IMG/VR virus record: IMGVR_UViG_3300021425_003554
From: a virus
Taxonomy: Duplodnaviria; Caudoviricetes
Strand: one strand, 5' to 3'
Length of the DNA stretch: 64,000 nucleotides
A program made the position numbers and the translations under genes. The notes under the pieces were generated by a model that saw only the letters and a program-made list of their open reading frames with translations, had not been told where the DNA came from and ran no database searches. Shown here piece after piece: positions 36,584 to 47,597 of the stretch (position 1 is the stretch's first letter; every line of letters starts with the position of its first letter).

Positions 36584-37963
36584 TTATAACACAATGGTCC
36601 ACTTGCCGCCAAGATAAATTCCTTCATAACTTTTTACCCAAGCAATACCATTGAATTTGTATTGTATGCCTGTGTTTAGATTGGTAACATATTCAACTGT
36701 GGAATCAAAAGCAGAAGCGTCCCATACAATAGACCATCTATCTGTGGCACTATCATATTGTATGATATCATTAACCGAGGCGTTGAGACCACCTTTCCAA
36801 TAATCGGTGCTGTCTCCGATCTCGTCTGTGATCAAATATCTTGTGCCATCTACCGGAGGATCTGTGGGATCAAAAGTTAATGGATTGATAATTTTGTTGA
36901 CCGATGGTATTGTGTTAGCAGGAATAGTATCTGTGTCGATATTAAAAATCAAGATGGTATCATCTAAAGACGATGTAGATATAGTACCACACACTTCATT
37001 ACCGTTTTCCTGAGTAAGTTTAATTTGTGTTATGCCATTTGTTATTTTTCCATATTGATTTAGCAAGACGTTCCAGTTAATTGCAGGACCAAATGTTGTA
37101 AAAGGATCTAACTCGTTTGCTCTTGCACCTGTATAAAATCCGTCGCCGCCCGATGATACGCTAGTACCTGTTGACCCAAGCAGACTCAATTGATTACCTC
37201 TCACCAATAGTTTAAAATTATTTGGGGTAATATAACTTTTTGTCAATAGTGTTCCGTCGATCAATCCTTTGTTGATTCCTCCGTTATCGTCATACATACT
37301 CATTATTATTTTTTGTACCACTCCTAATTTAGAAACTTTAACAGGAGGAGATAACCAAATTGGCATAGAAAATGTCATTTGTGCGACATCAATTTCTGAT
37401 TCCGTTCCAACTGGAATTGTTCTGGATGAAAAAGTAGTATTAACCAATTCCACATAACTCAAACTGGTCCAATCGATATAGTTGTCAGATTTTTGTATTT
37501 CAAAATCTGGATTGAACAGATATAAAATCTGTTCCATTATCTGTAATTTCATATCTGTGTTTGTGGTAAAAATATCAGCCGCTACATTCAGTCTAAAAGG
37601 CGAAGGCATCGCTTTATGAACAGTATATCCTTGGCCTAAAGTAGAGGTATAATTTCCATCTGCACCGATATCTCTTTCTTGTAGATGTTGTTTTTCGATA
37701 TGATAGGGATTCTGCATTCTTTCTCTGTCATATTCGAGTCCTGTGATGTACGCAGAAATTTTAGGTGCTGATACCAATGTGTTTTCCGAATTGTTTTTTA
37801 GAATATTTGCAACCTGTCTGGTGATGTCTCCATAAGACACAGGTACCTGTCTTAAAATTTGATTTCCGGCACCATCCTTGCCCATGTCAATTGAAAAATT
37901 ACTTAAAATTCTCACAAATTGAGTAAGAAATTTTCTTATCTGACCATCATAAAAATGTAACAT
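36584..37963 (-). CDS. gp15: tail terminator/completion protein (T4 gp15-like)
   Basis: FYDGQIRKF..QF, VPV.YG, YD.ER, EQIL..FNP. Confidence 0.8.
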   Translation of the reverse strand: MLHFYDGQIRKFLTQFVRILSNFSIDMGKDGAGNQILRQVPVSYGDITRQVANILKNNSENTLVSAPKISAYITGLEYDRERMQNPYHIEKQHLQERDIGADGNYTSTLGQGYTVHKAMPSPFRLNVAADIFTTNTDMKLQIMEQILYLFNPDFEIQKSDNYIDWTSLSYVELVNTTFSSRTIPVGTESEIDVAQMTFSMPIWLSPPVKVSKLGVVQKIIMSMYDDNGGINKGLIDGTLLTKSYITPNNFKLLVRGNQLSLLGSTGTSVSSGGDGFYTGARANELDPFTTFGPAINWNVLLNQYGKITNGITQIKLTQENGNEVCGTISTSSLDDTILIFNIDTDTIPANTIPSVNKIINPLTFDPTDPPVDGTRYLITDEIGDSTDYWKGGLNASVNDIIQYDSATDRWSIVWDASAFDSTVEYVTNLNTGIQYKFNGIAWVKSYEGIYLGGKWTIVL

Positions 37964-37964
37964 C

Positions 37965-39413
37965 TTAATTGTCCGCCTGTGGTGTCAAAGCACCGGTTAA
38001 ACTTTGATTTTGTTTGACTCTGTTGTTATAAAGCCTAACACTCCATAAACCACTGTAAGATATTTTTTCTTGTACACTGTTTATCACCGGAAGACTAATT
38101 TTAACTTTTGTTGTGCTTGTCGAATCTATGTAACTAGAAAGCATTGACGTATATGTTGCTGTGGCATAGGGAATTTCTAAACCTTCATATCTTAAAACAA
38201 TATAATTGGCATTAGATGAATCAGAATCCCAATCTATATTTGTATAAATTGCGGTGTCGTCTTTGAGTAAGTTGACAAAATCAGAACCAACTCCTCGATT
38301 GTATGTATAAGCAGTGTTGTTTGCAAAGGCAGTTTTAAATGTGTTCCTTGCATTATTATTTGTAGTTGTCATACGCACACTGTCTTCTACTTTCACCCAT
38401 CTTGTGCCATCGAATCTAAATAATCTGTTAGGCAAATAGTCCAAACGTAAACAATAATCACCTTTTGCTACATTTTCAACTGGAAATTTAATACCACTTG
38501 TCATTTCAAATCCATTAGGCGGAACACCGTCGCCATTATAATAAAATCCATAGTGTCCGGATGCTGGAGTATCAATAACTGCATTTGTTGTTTTGTTGAC
38601 ATTGTTAACATTAGAAGAGGAATTGACGCTATCTGTTCTTATATTACCTCGTTCGTCTATCGGTGCAACATAATATTGTTTGTAGTTAAAGCCGGCCTTC
38701 GGAGCATCTGCCTCGGCCTGGGCGACCACCGCTTCATTGATTTCTAATTCTTTCTGATATGTACTCATGTATTTTGAGAGTTTGTTATCAGTACCTTCAA
38801 CTTTCTTGTCAAGTATTTCTTTGTATTCTTGCGAATCAACAATGGTTTTCAATTTTAATCTCAATAGATGAGGCCACCAAGTTTGCGAAAATCCTTCAGC
38901 GGCTCTATTAACATCTTCAATGACGTAAAATCTTTTAAGTGCGATCGCTATTTGATCTGCATATGAGTTATTTTGAAGTGGGAAATCGTCCTTCATATGA
39001 GGTAATTCTATAACATCACCTGCCATTGGTTTTCTTCCAATTCGTTCCACAATATCGTTGAGATGCACAGTCATAAAAACAGTGTCGTTTTGTAGGAACA
39101 TTCCAAATTGTGATAAGTTAAAATCAACGTCTTGTACATTGTAAATGCCTCTCACTATATAAACGTCTTCTGAATATTTTCTATTTCTGTTTTCTAAAAA
39201 TAGTAAGTCTTCAATATTGGTTTCACTCAAAACATCGTACTGTTTTACATCTGCAGTCGCATCGTTTTCTGTGGGATTTTTTGTACCTAGATATTTGTGT
39301 AGATATATGTCGGTACCTCCAACCGTAAACATTTCACGTATATTTCGGTCAAAAAACTTGTAATCGTTGCCTTTTTCTGGCTTGTATATAGATAGTCTCG
39401 GCATATCATACAT
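37965..39413 (-). CDS. gp14: neck/head-closure protein (T4 gp14-like)
   Basis: LFLENRNRKY, LSQFG, KPMAGDVI.LP; divergent from gp13. Confidence 0.75.
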   Translation of the reverse strand: MYDMPRLSIYKPEKGNDYKFFDRNIREMFTVGGTDIYLHKYLGTKNPTENDATADVKQYDVLSETNIEDLLFLENRNRKYSEDVYIVRGIYNVQDVDFNLSQFGMFLQNDTVFMTVHLNDIVERIGRKPMAGDVIELPHMKDDFPLQNNSYADQIAIALKRFYVIEDVNRAAEGFSQTWWPHLLRLKLKTIVDSQEYKEILDKKVEGTDNKLSKYMSTYQKELEINEAVVAQAEADAPKAGFNYKQYYVAPIDERGNIRTDSVNSSSNVNNVNKTTNAVIDTPASGHYGFYYNGDGVPPNGFEMTSGIKFPVENVAKGDYCLRLDYLPNRLFRFDGTRWVKVEDSVRMTTTNNNARNTFKTAFANNTAYTYNRGVGSDFVNLLKDDTAIYTNIDWDSDSSNANYIVLRYEGLEIPYATATYTSMLSSYIDSTSTTKVKISLPVINSVQEKISYSGLWSVRLYNNRVKQNQSLTGALTPQADN

Positions 39414-39448
39414 ATTTATTGTTTATTGACTCTACGGTAAATACGTAT

Positions 39449-40210
39449 ATGTCAGAACTACAAAACGGTCAACAAGAAATATTTGATTATGTCAAAACCT
39501 TATTAGGTGATGGCATGATTGAGGTGGAATTAGACCCAAAACACTATGAAATAGCACTCGAAAGAGCCATAAACAGGTATAGACAACGATCGTCAAATGC
39601 TGTGGAAGAATCTTATGCTTTTTTGACACTAAAAAAAGATCAAAACAAATATGTATTACCAGACGAAATTATTAATGTGAGACAGATCATGAGACGTTCG
39701 GTTGGATCTAGAACCGAGGGCGGTCAAGGTGGTACATTGTTCGAACCATTCAACCTTGCATACACAAACACATATCTTCTAAAGGCAGGAGCGGCCGGGG
39801 GACTTGCGACTTACTATGCCTTTGCGAGTTATCAAGAGTTAGTAGGAAAAATGTTTGGCTCATTTATTCAACATCATTATGATGTGGCAACAAAAACATT
39901 AACAATTACTCAAAGACCTAGAAACAACGACGAAACTGTTGCTCTGCACACAGATAATTATAGACCAGATATTACACTATTCAAAGATATCTATTCTAAA
40001 CCATGGATTAGAGATTATACATTGGCAATATGCAAGACCATGCTCGGAGAAGCAAGAGGTAAATTTAATACTATCGCAGGTCCACAAGGCGGAACAACTT
40101 TAAACGGTGACGCACTTAAACAAGAAGGTGTTGCTGAAATGGAAAAATTAGATCAAGAAATAAACAATTATCAAGAAGGTGGCTCACCTTATAGTTTTGT
40201 CATAGGCTAA
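39449..40210 (+). CDS. gp13: neck/adaptor protein (T4 gp13-like)
   Basis: WIRDY..A..K..LGE.R.KF..I.GP.GG.TLNG; start MSELQ after TAAATA. Confidence 0.85.
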   Translation: MSELQNGQQEIFDYVKTLLGDGMIEVELDPKHYEIALERAINRYRQRSSNAVEESYAFLTLKKDQNKYVLPDEIINVRQIMRRSVGSRTEGGQGGTLFEPFNLAYTNTYLLKAGAAGGLATYYAFASYQELVGKMFGSFIQHHYDVATKTLTITQRPRNNDETVALHTDNYRPDITLFKDIYSKPWIRDYTLAICKTMLGEARGKFNTIAGPQGGTTLNGDALKQEGVAEMEKLDQEINNYQEGGSPYSFVIG

Positions 40211-40281
40211 TATTATCAGATAATTTCTTTGTATCAACAGTTAAATACATTCAAATATCAGGCAAAGAAAGGCACATAATT

Positions 40282-40461
40282 ATGGCAAAAAATAAAAACT
40301 TTTCAAAACTATCATCATTGTCGTTCAGACAACTCAAACAACTTACTATTGGATTTGAAATCTTGTTAAAAGCAGGACCAAACTGGAAAATCACTCGTCA
40401 TATGTTATCAGCAGTGACAGAAATAAAAAAAGAACTTGAAAAAAGAATAAAAAACTGTTAA
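40282..40461 (+). CDS. small basic hypothetical protein (59 aa)
   Basis: MAKNKNFSKL...ELEKRIKNC*; fills the gap before the dNMP kinase. Confidence 0.5.
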   Translation: MAKNKNFSKLSSLSFRQLKQLTIGFEILLKAGPNWKITRHMLSAVTEIKKELEKRIKNC

Positions 40462-40471
40462 TATAGTTTTT

Positions 40472-41110
40472 ATGTTAATTGGTTTAGTCGGCCTAATAGG
40501 TTCTGGTAAAGATACAGTGGCAAATAGAATGGTCACTCATCACAATTTTGTGAGAGATTCTTTTGCAAAATCATTAAAAGATGCTGTTTCTAACATATTC
40601 GGGTGGGATAGAAAAATGCTCGAAGGAGATACAAAAGAATCTCGAGCATGGAGGGAGAAACCCGATCACTTTTGGAGTGAGAAATTTAACAAAGAAACAA
40701 CACCTAGAGAAATTTTACAATATTTTGGTACTGAAGTATGTAGAGGACATATGTTAGATACTATATGGGTCGATAGTTGTATGGCCAGATACAAAGGAAA
40801 TGCCACTGTTATTTCTGATACTAGATTCATTAATGAAATAAGAACAATCAAAAAAAACGGCGGAAAAATAATTTTAGTAAAAAGGGGAAAACTACCTACC
40901 AAGGAAGAAATGAAGTCTAACGGTATACATCGATCTGAGTGGGACTGGATTGACGAATCTTTTGATCATGTTATTGATAATTCCGGAACCCTAGAAGAAT
41001 TAAATGATAATGTGGATAATTTAATTAATAGCATTAATCGAAGGCAGGGAAGATTCACTATTAAAGAAATAGTAGATGCCACTAATGATCTACTTCGAGA
41101 TCACCGATAG
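40472..41110 (+). CDS. gp1: deoxynucleoside monophosphate kinase (T4 gp1-like)
   Basis: IGLVGLIGSGKDTVA, SFA..LKD, TPR.ILQ.FGTE, ISD.RF.NE, H.SE. Confidence 0.92.
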   Translation: MLIGLVGLIGSGKDTVANRMVTHHNFVRDSFAKSLKDAVSNIFGWDRKMLEGDTKESRAWREKPDHFWSEKFNKETTPREILQYFGTEVCRGHMLDTIWVDSCMARYKGNATVISDTRFINEIRTIKKNGGKIILVKRGKLPTKEEMKSNGIHRSEWDWIDESFDHVIDNSGTLEELNDNVDNLINSINRRQGRFTIKEIVDATNDLLRDHR

Positions 41111-41432
41111 ACCATCCCAATTCTTGGGTACTCTTTAAACGCTGACAATTGGCACATATAGTCTTTAAATTGTACTCAGATACATTATTTAGGTTTCCGT
41201 CTACATGATACACATCAAGTTGCTCTTTAACTGATGCCTTAAATCCACATAACTCACACCTTCTTTTTTTAGTGTATCCTGCTAATTGCCACTTGGTAAA
41301 TTTATCAGTTGTTAAATTCTTTTTTTTACGTATACAACTATCACACTCAGATCTCCAATATATTTTAGTACCTTTTCTGTAGCCGTATGATCTGGGTTTG
41401 ATATTACAGGTTTTACAAAGTGGACGTTTCAT
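41082..41432 (-). CDS. HNH endonuclease-like zinc protein
   Basis: Three CxxC pairs plus YHVDGNLNN...NL..ICANC. Confidence 0.75.
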   Translation of the reverse strand: MKRPLCKTCNIKPRSYGYRKGTKIYWRSECDSCIRKKKNLTTDKFTKWQLAGYTKKRRCELCGFKASVKEQLDVYHVDGNLNNVSEYNLKTICANCQRLKSTQELGWSIGDLEVDH

Positions 41433-41541
41433 ATTGTATATTTACGTTCCCTATATAGGTACCTTTATTTCGTGTAGTTTTAAACGTTTTTAACTAAAAA
41501 CCAATAAATACATTCAGTTACACTTGCAAGGAGAACAAAAT

Positions 41542-44500
41542 ATGGCATTAACATCACCAGGAGTAGAAGTTTCAGTTATAAATGAAAGTTTTTACGTACC
41601 AGCAGATGCGGGTACAACTCCACTATTAATAGTAGCGACAGCACAAGACAAATTAAATGGAGCAGGAACTAGTACTGCGGTTGGAACACAAACTGCCAAC
41701 GCAAACACAGTTTACCTAGTATCGTCACAAAGAGAATTAACAGAAACATTTGGTGATCCAAAATTTTATAGTGATTCATCAGGAAATGCATTAAACGGTT
41801 ACGAAATAAATGAATACGGATTACAAGCCGCTTATTCATTTTTAGGAGTGGCCAACAGAGCATTTGTATTAAGAGCAAACGTAAATTTATCAGAACTTAT
41901 CGGTTCTGCAACAGCACCAACATCTAAACCAAACAACGGAACATATTGGTTCGACCTAACATCAAATGTCCCTGGTTTATTTGAGTGGAATAACACAAAC
42001 TCAACTTTTACAGCAATCTCTCCAATCTACATAACATCAGTTGATGATTTAGTTGGCGGAGTTTCAACAGGTGCACCAAAAACATCAATTGGTACAATCG
42101 GTTCTTATGCAATTAATACAACTCATGTAACTAACAAAACTTATTATAAAACATCCGGCAATGCTTGGGTGCAAATTGGATCTAGTGCTTGGAGCACAGC
42201 CATTGGTGCGAATGCATCATTTGTACAGTCTCCACACACATCTATTCCACAATGGAAAACAGCAGGTAACATTCCAACTGGTTCTGTTTGGTTTAAGACT
42301 ACCACTCCAAACTCTGGTGCTGACGTAAGTGTAAAACTTTACAACAGTGCATCAGATTCTTGGTCAGTAGTTGATGCTCCTCTTTATGCAAATAACCACG
42401 CGGCGATTTATGGACTTGATCCTATAAATGGCGGAACTGGCATTTCAGCAGGAACACTTTACACACAATACAATGTAGGCGAACAATCAACATTGGGTGC
42501 ATTTGATGTAACTCCAAAATTACAAGACTTCCAAATTTTTAGATACGAAGGTGGAGCAACAACAATTACTTCTAATAATACAACACCATCATTCACTAGC
42601 GGAAACACTTTTGCAATACAAGAATCAAGAAAAGCATCGGGTTCTCTAGCAGGCTGGGACGGTTCAACGGTGGTCAGTCTAGGTGGAACTAGTGCAGACG
42701 ATTTTGTTGCGGCGGTAAATGGTGCTGGATTAACTAACATTTCAGCAGAAAAACTTTCAACTGGTGCAATCAAAATGACACACGCACTTGGCGGCGAATT
42801 TAGAATGTGGCAAATAACAGGAACTGCTCTAGATGATGCAGGTTTTGGTGTTGCTAATGGACACGCATATGGAACATACACAGCAAATTCATCAACACTA
42901 GTTGATAATTTATACGATGCTCCGGCAGGTTACACTGAAGATTCAACACAACCAGCAATGGTGGTTGCTTCAAATTGGAAACGTTTATCATATGTTGCAT
43001 CAACATCGGCTCCGACAAACGAGCCAGCAGATGGTACATTATGGTACAACACAAACTTAGAAGCAGATATCATGGTTCACAACGGAACAACATGGGTTGG
43101 CTACTTGGACAGCACGTCTCCATATTACAATGCAGATGCGGCACAACAAACAGATCCAAATGGTCCGATCTTCTCAGCATCAGAACCAACTACACAATCA
43201 GATGCGACAGCATTAAAAATTGGTGATGTTTGGATTGATACTAGCGACTTAGAAAACTATCCAAGAATTTATAGATATCAATCAACAGCAGACGGAAATG
43301 CTTTTGTATTAATTGATAACACAGATCAAACTACTGGTGATGGTATAGTGTTTGCCGATGCCAGATCAAACACAGCGGCAACTAAATCAGACTCGTCATC
43401 AACAGGCGGTGCACCATCTGATAGTTCGATCAAAGATCTTTTAAGTGATAACTTCTTAGATCCAGATGCACCAAATCCATCATTATATCCTCAAGGTATC
43501 TTATTGTTTAACACAAGAAGATCTGGATACAATGTTAAAGAATACAAAAATAATCATATTACAACTGCAAAATATCCTGGATCAGGATCTTCGGGTAAAG
43601 GTAACATCAGATATAACAGCAACGAATCAGTTTCTGGTTATTTCAAAGACAGATGGGTTACTAAATCGACTAACAGTGCCAACGGTGCTGGAACATTTGG
43701 AAGAAAAGCAGTTAGAAAAGTAATTACTGAACAAATAAAATCAGAGATTAACACCAACCAAGCAATCAGAGAAGATCAAAGAGGATTCAATGTTATTGCT
43801 TGTCCGGGATATCCTGAAGTTATTTCAGAAATGATTAATCTAAATACTGACAGAAATAATACAGCATTTATCGTAGGTGATACTCCGATGAGATTAGCAG
43901 GAACATCAACTGCTATTTCAAATTGGGCTAACAACACAGCAGTAGCATCAGATAACGGTGAAGATGGTCTTGTATCAAGTTCGGATTATTTAGGAGTATT
44001 TTATCCTTCAGGAAGAACTACATCTAACAATGGATCATCAATCGTTGTACCACCATCTCATATGATTTTGAGAACATTGGCAAATAATGATAATGTTGCG
44101 TTTCCATGGTTTGCACCAGCAGGTACAAGACGTGGTATCATCGACAATGCAACAGCAGTAGGATACATTAACTCAGCATCGGGAGAATTTGAAACAATCT
44201 CGTTGACAGAATCTGTTAGAGATTCAATGTTTACTGCAAAAATTAATCCAATTACATTCTTTTCAGGAACAGGAATAGTAAACTTTGGTAATTTAACTAA
44301 AACATCTAGTTCGTCTGCTTTAGATAGAATTAACGTTTCTAGATTAACAGTTTATCTAAGATCACAACTTGATAAACTTGCCAAACCTTTCATTTTTGAA
44401 CCAAATGATGAATTGACTAGAAATGAAATTAAAGGATCGATCGAGTCTTTCTTATTAGAATTACTTGGACAAAGAGCACTATACGATTTCTTAGTAGTTT

Positions 44501-44646
44501 GTGACGAGACTAACAACACAGCAACTAGAATTGATAGAAATGAATTGTATGTGGATATTGCAATTGAACCAGTTAAATCGGTTGAATTTATTTACATACC
44601 TTTAAGAATCAAAAACACAGGGGAGATAGCAAACCTAGGTAACTAA
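41542..44646 (+). CDS. gp18: tail sheath protein (T4 gp18-like)
   Basis: MALTSPGVEV, WFAPAG..RG, INPI, DRINV.RL, IFEPND..TR, EFIYI. Confidence 0.95.
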   Translation: MALTSPGVEVSVINESFYVPADAGTTPLLIVATAQDKLNGAGTSTAVGTQTANANTVYLVSSQRELTETFGDPKFYSDSSGNALNGYEINEYGLQAAYSFLGVANRAFVLRANVNLSELIGSATAPTSKPNNGTYWFDLTSNVPGLFEWNNTNSTFTAISPIYITSVDDLVGGVSTGAPKTSIGTIGSYAINTTHVTNKTYYKTSGNAWVQIGSSAWSTAIGANASFVQSPHTSIPQWKTAGNIPTGSVWFKTTTPNSGADVSVKLYNSASDSWSVVDAPLYANNHAAIYGLDPINGGTGISAGTLYTQYNVGEQSTLGAFDVTPKLQDFQIFRYEGGATTITSNNTTPSFTSGNTFAIQESRKASGSLAGWDGSTVVSLGGTSADDFVAAVNGAGLTNISAEKLSTGAIKMTHALGGEFRMWQITGTALDDAGFGVANGHAYGTYTANSSTLVDNLYDAPAGYTEDSTQPAMVVASNWKRLSYVASTSAPTNEPADGTLWYNTNLEADIMVHNGTTWVGYLDSTSPYYNADAAQQTDPNGPIFSASEPTTQSDATALKIGDVWIDTSDLENYPRIYRYQSTADGNAFVLIDNTDQTTGDGIVFADARSNTAATKSDSSSTGGAPSDSSIKDLLSDNFLDPDAPNPSLYPQGILLFNTRRSGYNVKEYKNNHITTAKYPGSGSSGKGNIRYNSNESVSGYFKDRWVTKSTNSANGAGTFGRKAVRKVITEQIKSEINTNQAIREDQRGFNVIACPGYPEVISEMINLNTDRNNTAFIVGDTPMRLAGTSTAISNWANNTAVASDNGEDGLVSSSDYLGVFYPSGRTTSNNGSSIVVPPSHMILRTLANNDNVAFPWFAPAGTRRGIIDNATAVGYINSASGEFETISLTESVRDSMFTAKINPITFFSGTGIVNFGNLTKTSSSSALDRINVSRLTVYLRSQLDKLAKPFIFEPNDELTRNEIKGSIESFLLELLGQRALYDFLVVCDETNNTATRIDRNELYVDIAIEPVKSVEFIYIPLRIKNTGEIANLGN

Positions 44647-44669
44647 TCCTCGGTAAATAAAGGAGCAAT

Positions 44670-45296
44670 ATGGCAATTTCAACACTTTCAAAATTTACAG
44701 TACCATTATCAAACGACCAGAGTTCGTCAACTCAAGGTTTGTTGATGCCGAAACTTCAATATAGATTTAGAGTAATTCTCGAAAACTTTGGAGTTTCTAC
44801 ACCTAGATCAGAAATTACTAAACAAGTAATGGATGTTACAAGACCAAATTTAACATTTGAAAACACAACACTTGATGTATATAACTCAAAAGTATACATT
44901 GCTGGTAAACACACTTGGGAACCGATCACTCTTACAATGAGAGATGACGTTAATAACTCAGTGTCTAAACTAGTAGGTGAACAAATTCAGAAACAATTTG
45001 ATTTCTTTGAACAGGCTTCTGCCGCTTCAGGAATTGATTACAAATTCACAACTAGAATTGAAATGTTAGATGGTGGTAATGGAGCATCAACACCGGGTAT
45101 ATTAGAAACATTTGAGTTATATGGTTCATTTGTTGAATCAGTAAACTATAATAGTTTGGCTTATAATACTTCAGAACCGGCAACTATTACACTATCAATT
45201 AGATACGACAATGCAGTACAAACACCACAAGGTACTGGAATCGGAACAGCATTAACAAGAACTATCGGTACATTAACAACCGGTGGTGGAAGATAA
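44670..45296 (+). CDS. gp19: tail tube protein (T4 gp19-like)
   Basis: Follows the sheath; PKLQYRFRV, GKHTWEPITLT.RDD. Confidence 0.9.
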   Translation: MAISTLSKFTVPLSNDQSSSTQGLLMPKLQYRFRVILENFGVSTPRSEITKQVMDVTRPNLTFENTTLDVYNSKVYIAGKHTWEPITLTMRDDVNNSVSKLVGEQIQKQFDFFEQASAASGIDYKFTTRIEMLDGGNGASTPGILETFELYGSFVESVNYNSLAYNTSEPATITLSIRYDNAVQTPQGTGIGTALTRTIGTLTTGGGR

Positions 45297-45328
45297 TAGT
45301 TAACAATTTTCGCAATTATAAAGTAAAG

Positions 45329-45354
45329 AAAGCGCCTTTAACGGCGCTTTTTTT
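45329..45354 (+). terminator. intrinsic terminator after sheath-tube operon
   Basis: AAAGCGCC/GGCGCTTT stem followed by a T run. Confidence 0.85.
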
Positions 45355-45374
45355 ATGACCATAAATATACAAGT

Positions 45375-46772
45375 ATGCCTAGTATTAATAATTTTTTAGA
45401 AGGATTCTCAAATGGTCTTCCAGGAATGAAAGACTATCGCCACGCAACAAGATTATATCTTGATAATAACTTTAAATTAGCACCAAAACAAAAATTTTTA
45501 TTTCATGTTGTTTTTGATATAGACAATACTACTGTCGGGGGCCGACAATTTTCACAGGATGAAAAGTTTGCTCTCAATATGCTAGTTAAGACCTGTGAAT
45601 TGCCAAAATATGATATGAACCTAGAAGAAAAAATTCAATATAACAAAAAAGTTTATGTGGGTACTAGAATTGTTTACAGACCGGTCACTATAAATTTTCA
45701 CGATGACAATGCCGATACTGTTAATGCTTTTTGGAAAAGATACTACGAGTATAACATAGCAGATTCTCAAACAATACCGGTTGCGGGCCAATACACATAT
45801 ACCAAAGACGATTTTTACAAGACAAACAGAGTGGCAACACAGTACGGCATGGATAATGCTCAGCAGAGAGGAAAACCTTTGTTGAGAAGCATACAAATTT
45901 TTGCCATGCATCAAAAAAGATTTACTTCATTTTTATTAGTAAATCCTGTTATAGGATCTTTCAGTCATGATGATCTAGACAATGCAGACGGTGGCGGAAT
46001 AATGGCAAACTCTATGCAAGTGTTTTACGAAACTGTTTTGTATGGTGCAGGCACAGTTAAATCGCCGAACATGGCCACTGGGTTTGCTGATTTATATTAC
46101 GACCTTGAGCCATCTCCTTTAAGTGTGTTGGGAGGAGGCACAACTTCTATATTCGGAGAAGGCGGAATAGTCGACGGAATTGGTGGGGTTCTTGATAGTG
46201 TTCAAAATGGCGACGTGTTAGGAGCCATTATAAAAGCAAATAACACATATCAAAATGCTAAAAAAATAAAAGCCAAAGACGCTGTCAAAGAAGAACTCAA
46301 AGGAATAGTAAAAGAAACTGTGCAGGACGTTGCAAAAACTGCCGGAACAATTAACAATCCGATCGGAAACTTCAGTGTAGGAACAGCGGCGGTGGCGGCT
46401 ATCGGTACTGTTGCTTTGGCAAAAGGTAATACATCTACTACATCAAAAAATAGTGTTCAAACAGTTATTTCAAACCCTGTTATTGATACAACAAATTATC
46501 TGAGTTCAACGGAATCATTTAATCTATTACAAAACAACACGCAGGCACAGGATAAGGTTGCATCCTTTATCTATTATCAAAAAATAGGATCTGCTCAAAA
46601 TTTAACAATTGCTCAGAGTGATGTGATCTATAATGGGTTATCAGATGCACAAAAAAATGTATGGAGAAATAGAGCAATCAACGATATAACGAGACTGGTC
46701 ACTGAAGGATACATACAAATAAATAGGCAAACAAACGATATATCTGTGTCGGCTGAGAAAGTGAATTTATAA
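45375..46772 (+). CDS. tail-tube-like baseplate/tube initiator protein (gp54/gp48-like)
   Basis: LVK..ELP, QYN.K.Y...I.Y.PV.I.FHDD tube-fold motif. Confidence 0.65.
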   Translation: MPSINNFLEGFSNGLPGMKDYRHATRLYLDNNFKLAPKQKFLFHVVFDIDNTTVGGRQFSQDEKFALNMLVKTCELPKYDMNLEEKIQYNKKVYVGTRIVYRPVTINFHDDNADTVNAFWKRYYEYNIADSQTIPVAGQYTYTKDDFYKTNRVATQYGMDNAQQRGKPLLRSIQIFAMHQKRFTSFLLVNPVIGSFSHDDLDNADGGGIMANSMQVFYETVLYGAGTVKSPNMATGFADLYYDLEPSPLSVLGGGTTSIFGEGGIVDGIGGVLDSVQNGDVLGAIIKANNTYQNAKKIKAKDAVKEELKGIVKETVQDVAKTAGTINNPIGNFSVGTAAVAAIGTVALAKGNTSTTSKNSVQTVISNPVIDTTNYLSSTESFNLLQNNTQAQDKVASFIYYQKIGSAQNLTIAQSDVIYNGLSDAQKNVWRNRAINDITRLVTEGYIQINRQTNDISVSAEKVNL

Positions 46773-47149
46773 TGTCATCTGTATATACAAATCTACCTCA
46801 AAAAGAAAAAGATAGTTTAGAAAAATCAATCAACGAATTAAAAGATAATCAATATGCTGAAAATTTTGAATTTAATGTAAACGATTACGATGCTACTGTT
46901 GGTTTTTTTGTAAAAAGAAATTTTTCTAGAAAATCCGCAGAGGACCTTGCCTATGTAATTTTACAACAAGCCAAAATTGATTCTGTACCGGTAATGGAAA
47001 TATTAGATGTGTTAAATAATTCATCTGATTTGACGTTAAGCGATGTTGTTTCAAGAATATTAAACACCAACAGATACAAATCTAGTAGCGTTGGAGTAAG
47101 AAATACAAAAGTTTCTAGAGATGTAGTTGCAAGAAATATAGTTGCATAA
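46772..47149 (+). CDS. hypothetical late protein
   Basis: Translationally coupled on both sides (TAATG). Confidence 0.65.
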   Translation: MSSVYTNLPQKEKDSLEKSINELKDNQYAENFEFNVNDYDATVGFFVKRNFSRKSAEDLAYVILQQAKIDSVPVMEILDVLNNSSDLTLSDVVSRILNTNRYKSSSVGVRNTKVSRDVVARNIVA

Positions 47150-47592
47150 TGTCTTTACCAAAATTCGCAAGAGGAAAATTTATATTAAAGAATCCCAACA
47201 AATATGTTGGAACAAAAACACCAACATATAGATCAAGTTGGGAACACTCTTTTATGAGATTATGCGATGAACACCCTAATGTGTATCAATGGGCATCGGA
47301 GGCAATAAAAATTCCTTATAGACATCCTATAACAGGAAAATATACGATTTATGTTCCAGATTTCTTTATAGTTTATATAGATAAAAATGGCAAAAAACAC
47401 GCGGAAATAATCGAAGTAAAACCTATGAATCAGACCACTATGGAAAGAGCCGGTAAAAGTATGGGTCGTAAAACACAGGTAGTGATCAATCATGCCAAAT
47501 GGGAAGCGGCCAACGCCTATGCTCGACAACGTAAAATAACATTTAGAATTGTTTCAGAAGAACAATTATTCCATCAAGGTACACGTAAATAA
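47149..47592 (+). CDS. gp4: head completion nuclease (T4 gp4-like, TnsA-type)
   Basis: YRSSWE, W.SE...IPY, Y.PDF, EVKP, KW.AA. Confidence 0.9.
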   Translation: MSLPKFARGKFILKNPNKYVGTKTPTYRSSWEHSFMRLCDEHPNVYQWASEAIKIPYRHPITGKYTIYVPDFFIVYIDKNGKKHAEIIEVKPMNQTTMERAGKSMGRKTQVVINHAKWEAANAYARQRKITFRIVSEEQLFHQGTRK

Positions 47593-47597
47593 AACAA

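Noticed and set aside
41082-41432. HNH gene as a mobile element
   Set aside because: Small free-standing ORF with no intron or IS features; no evidence of mobility
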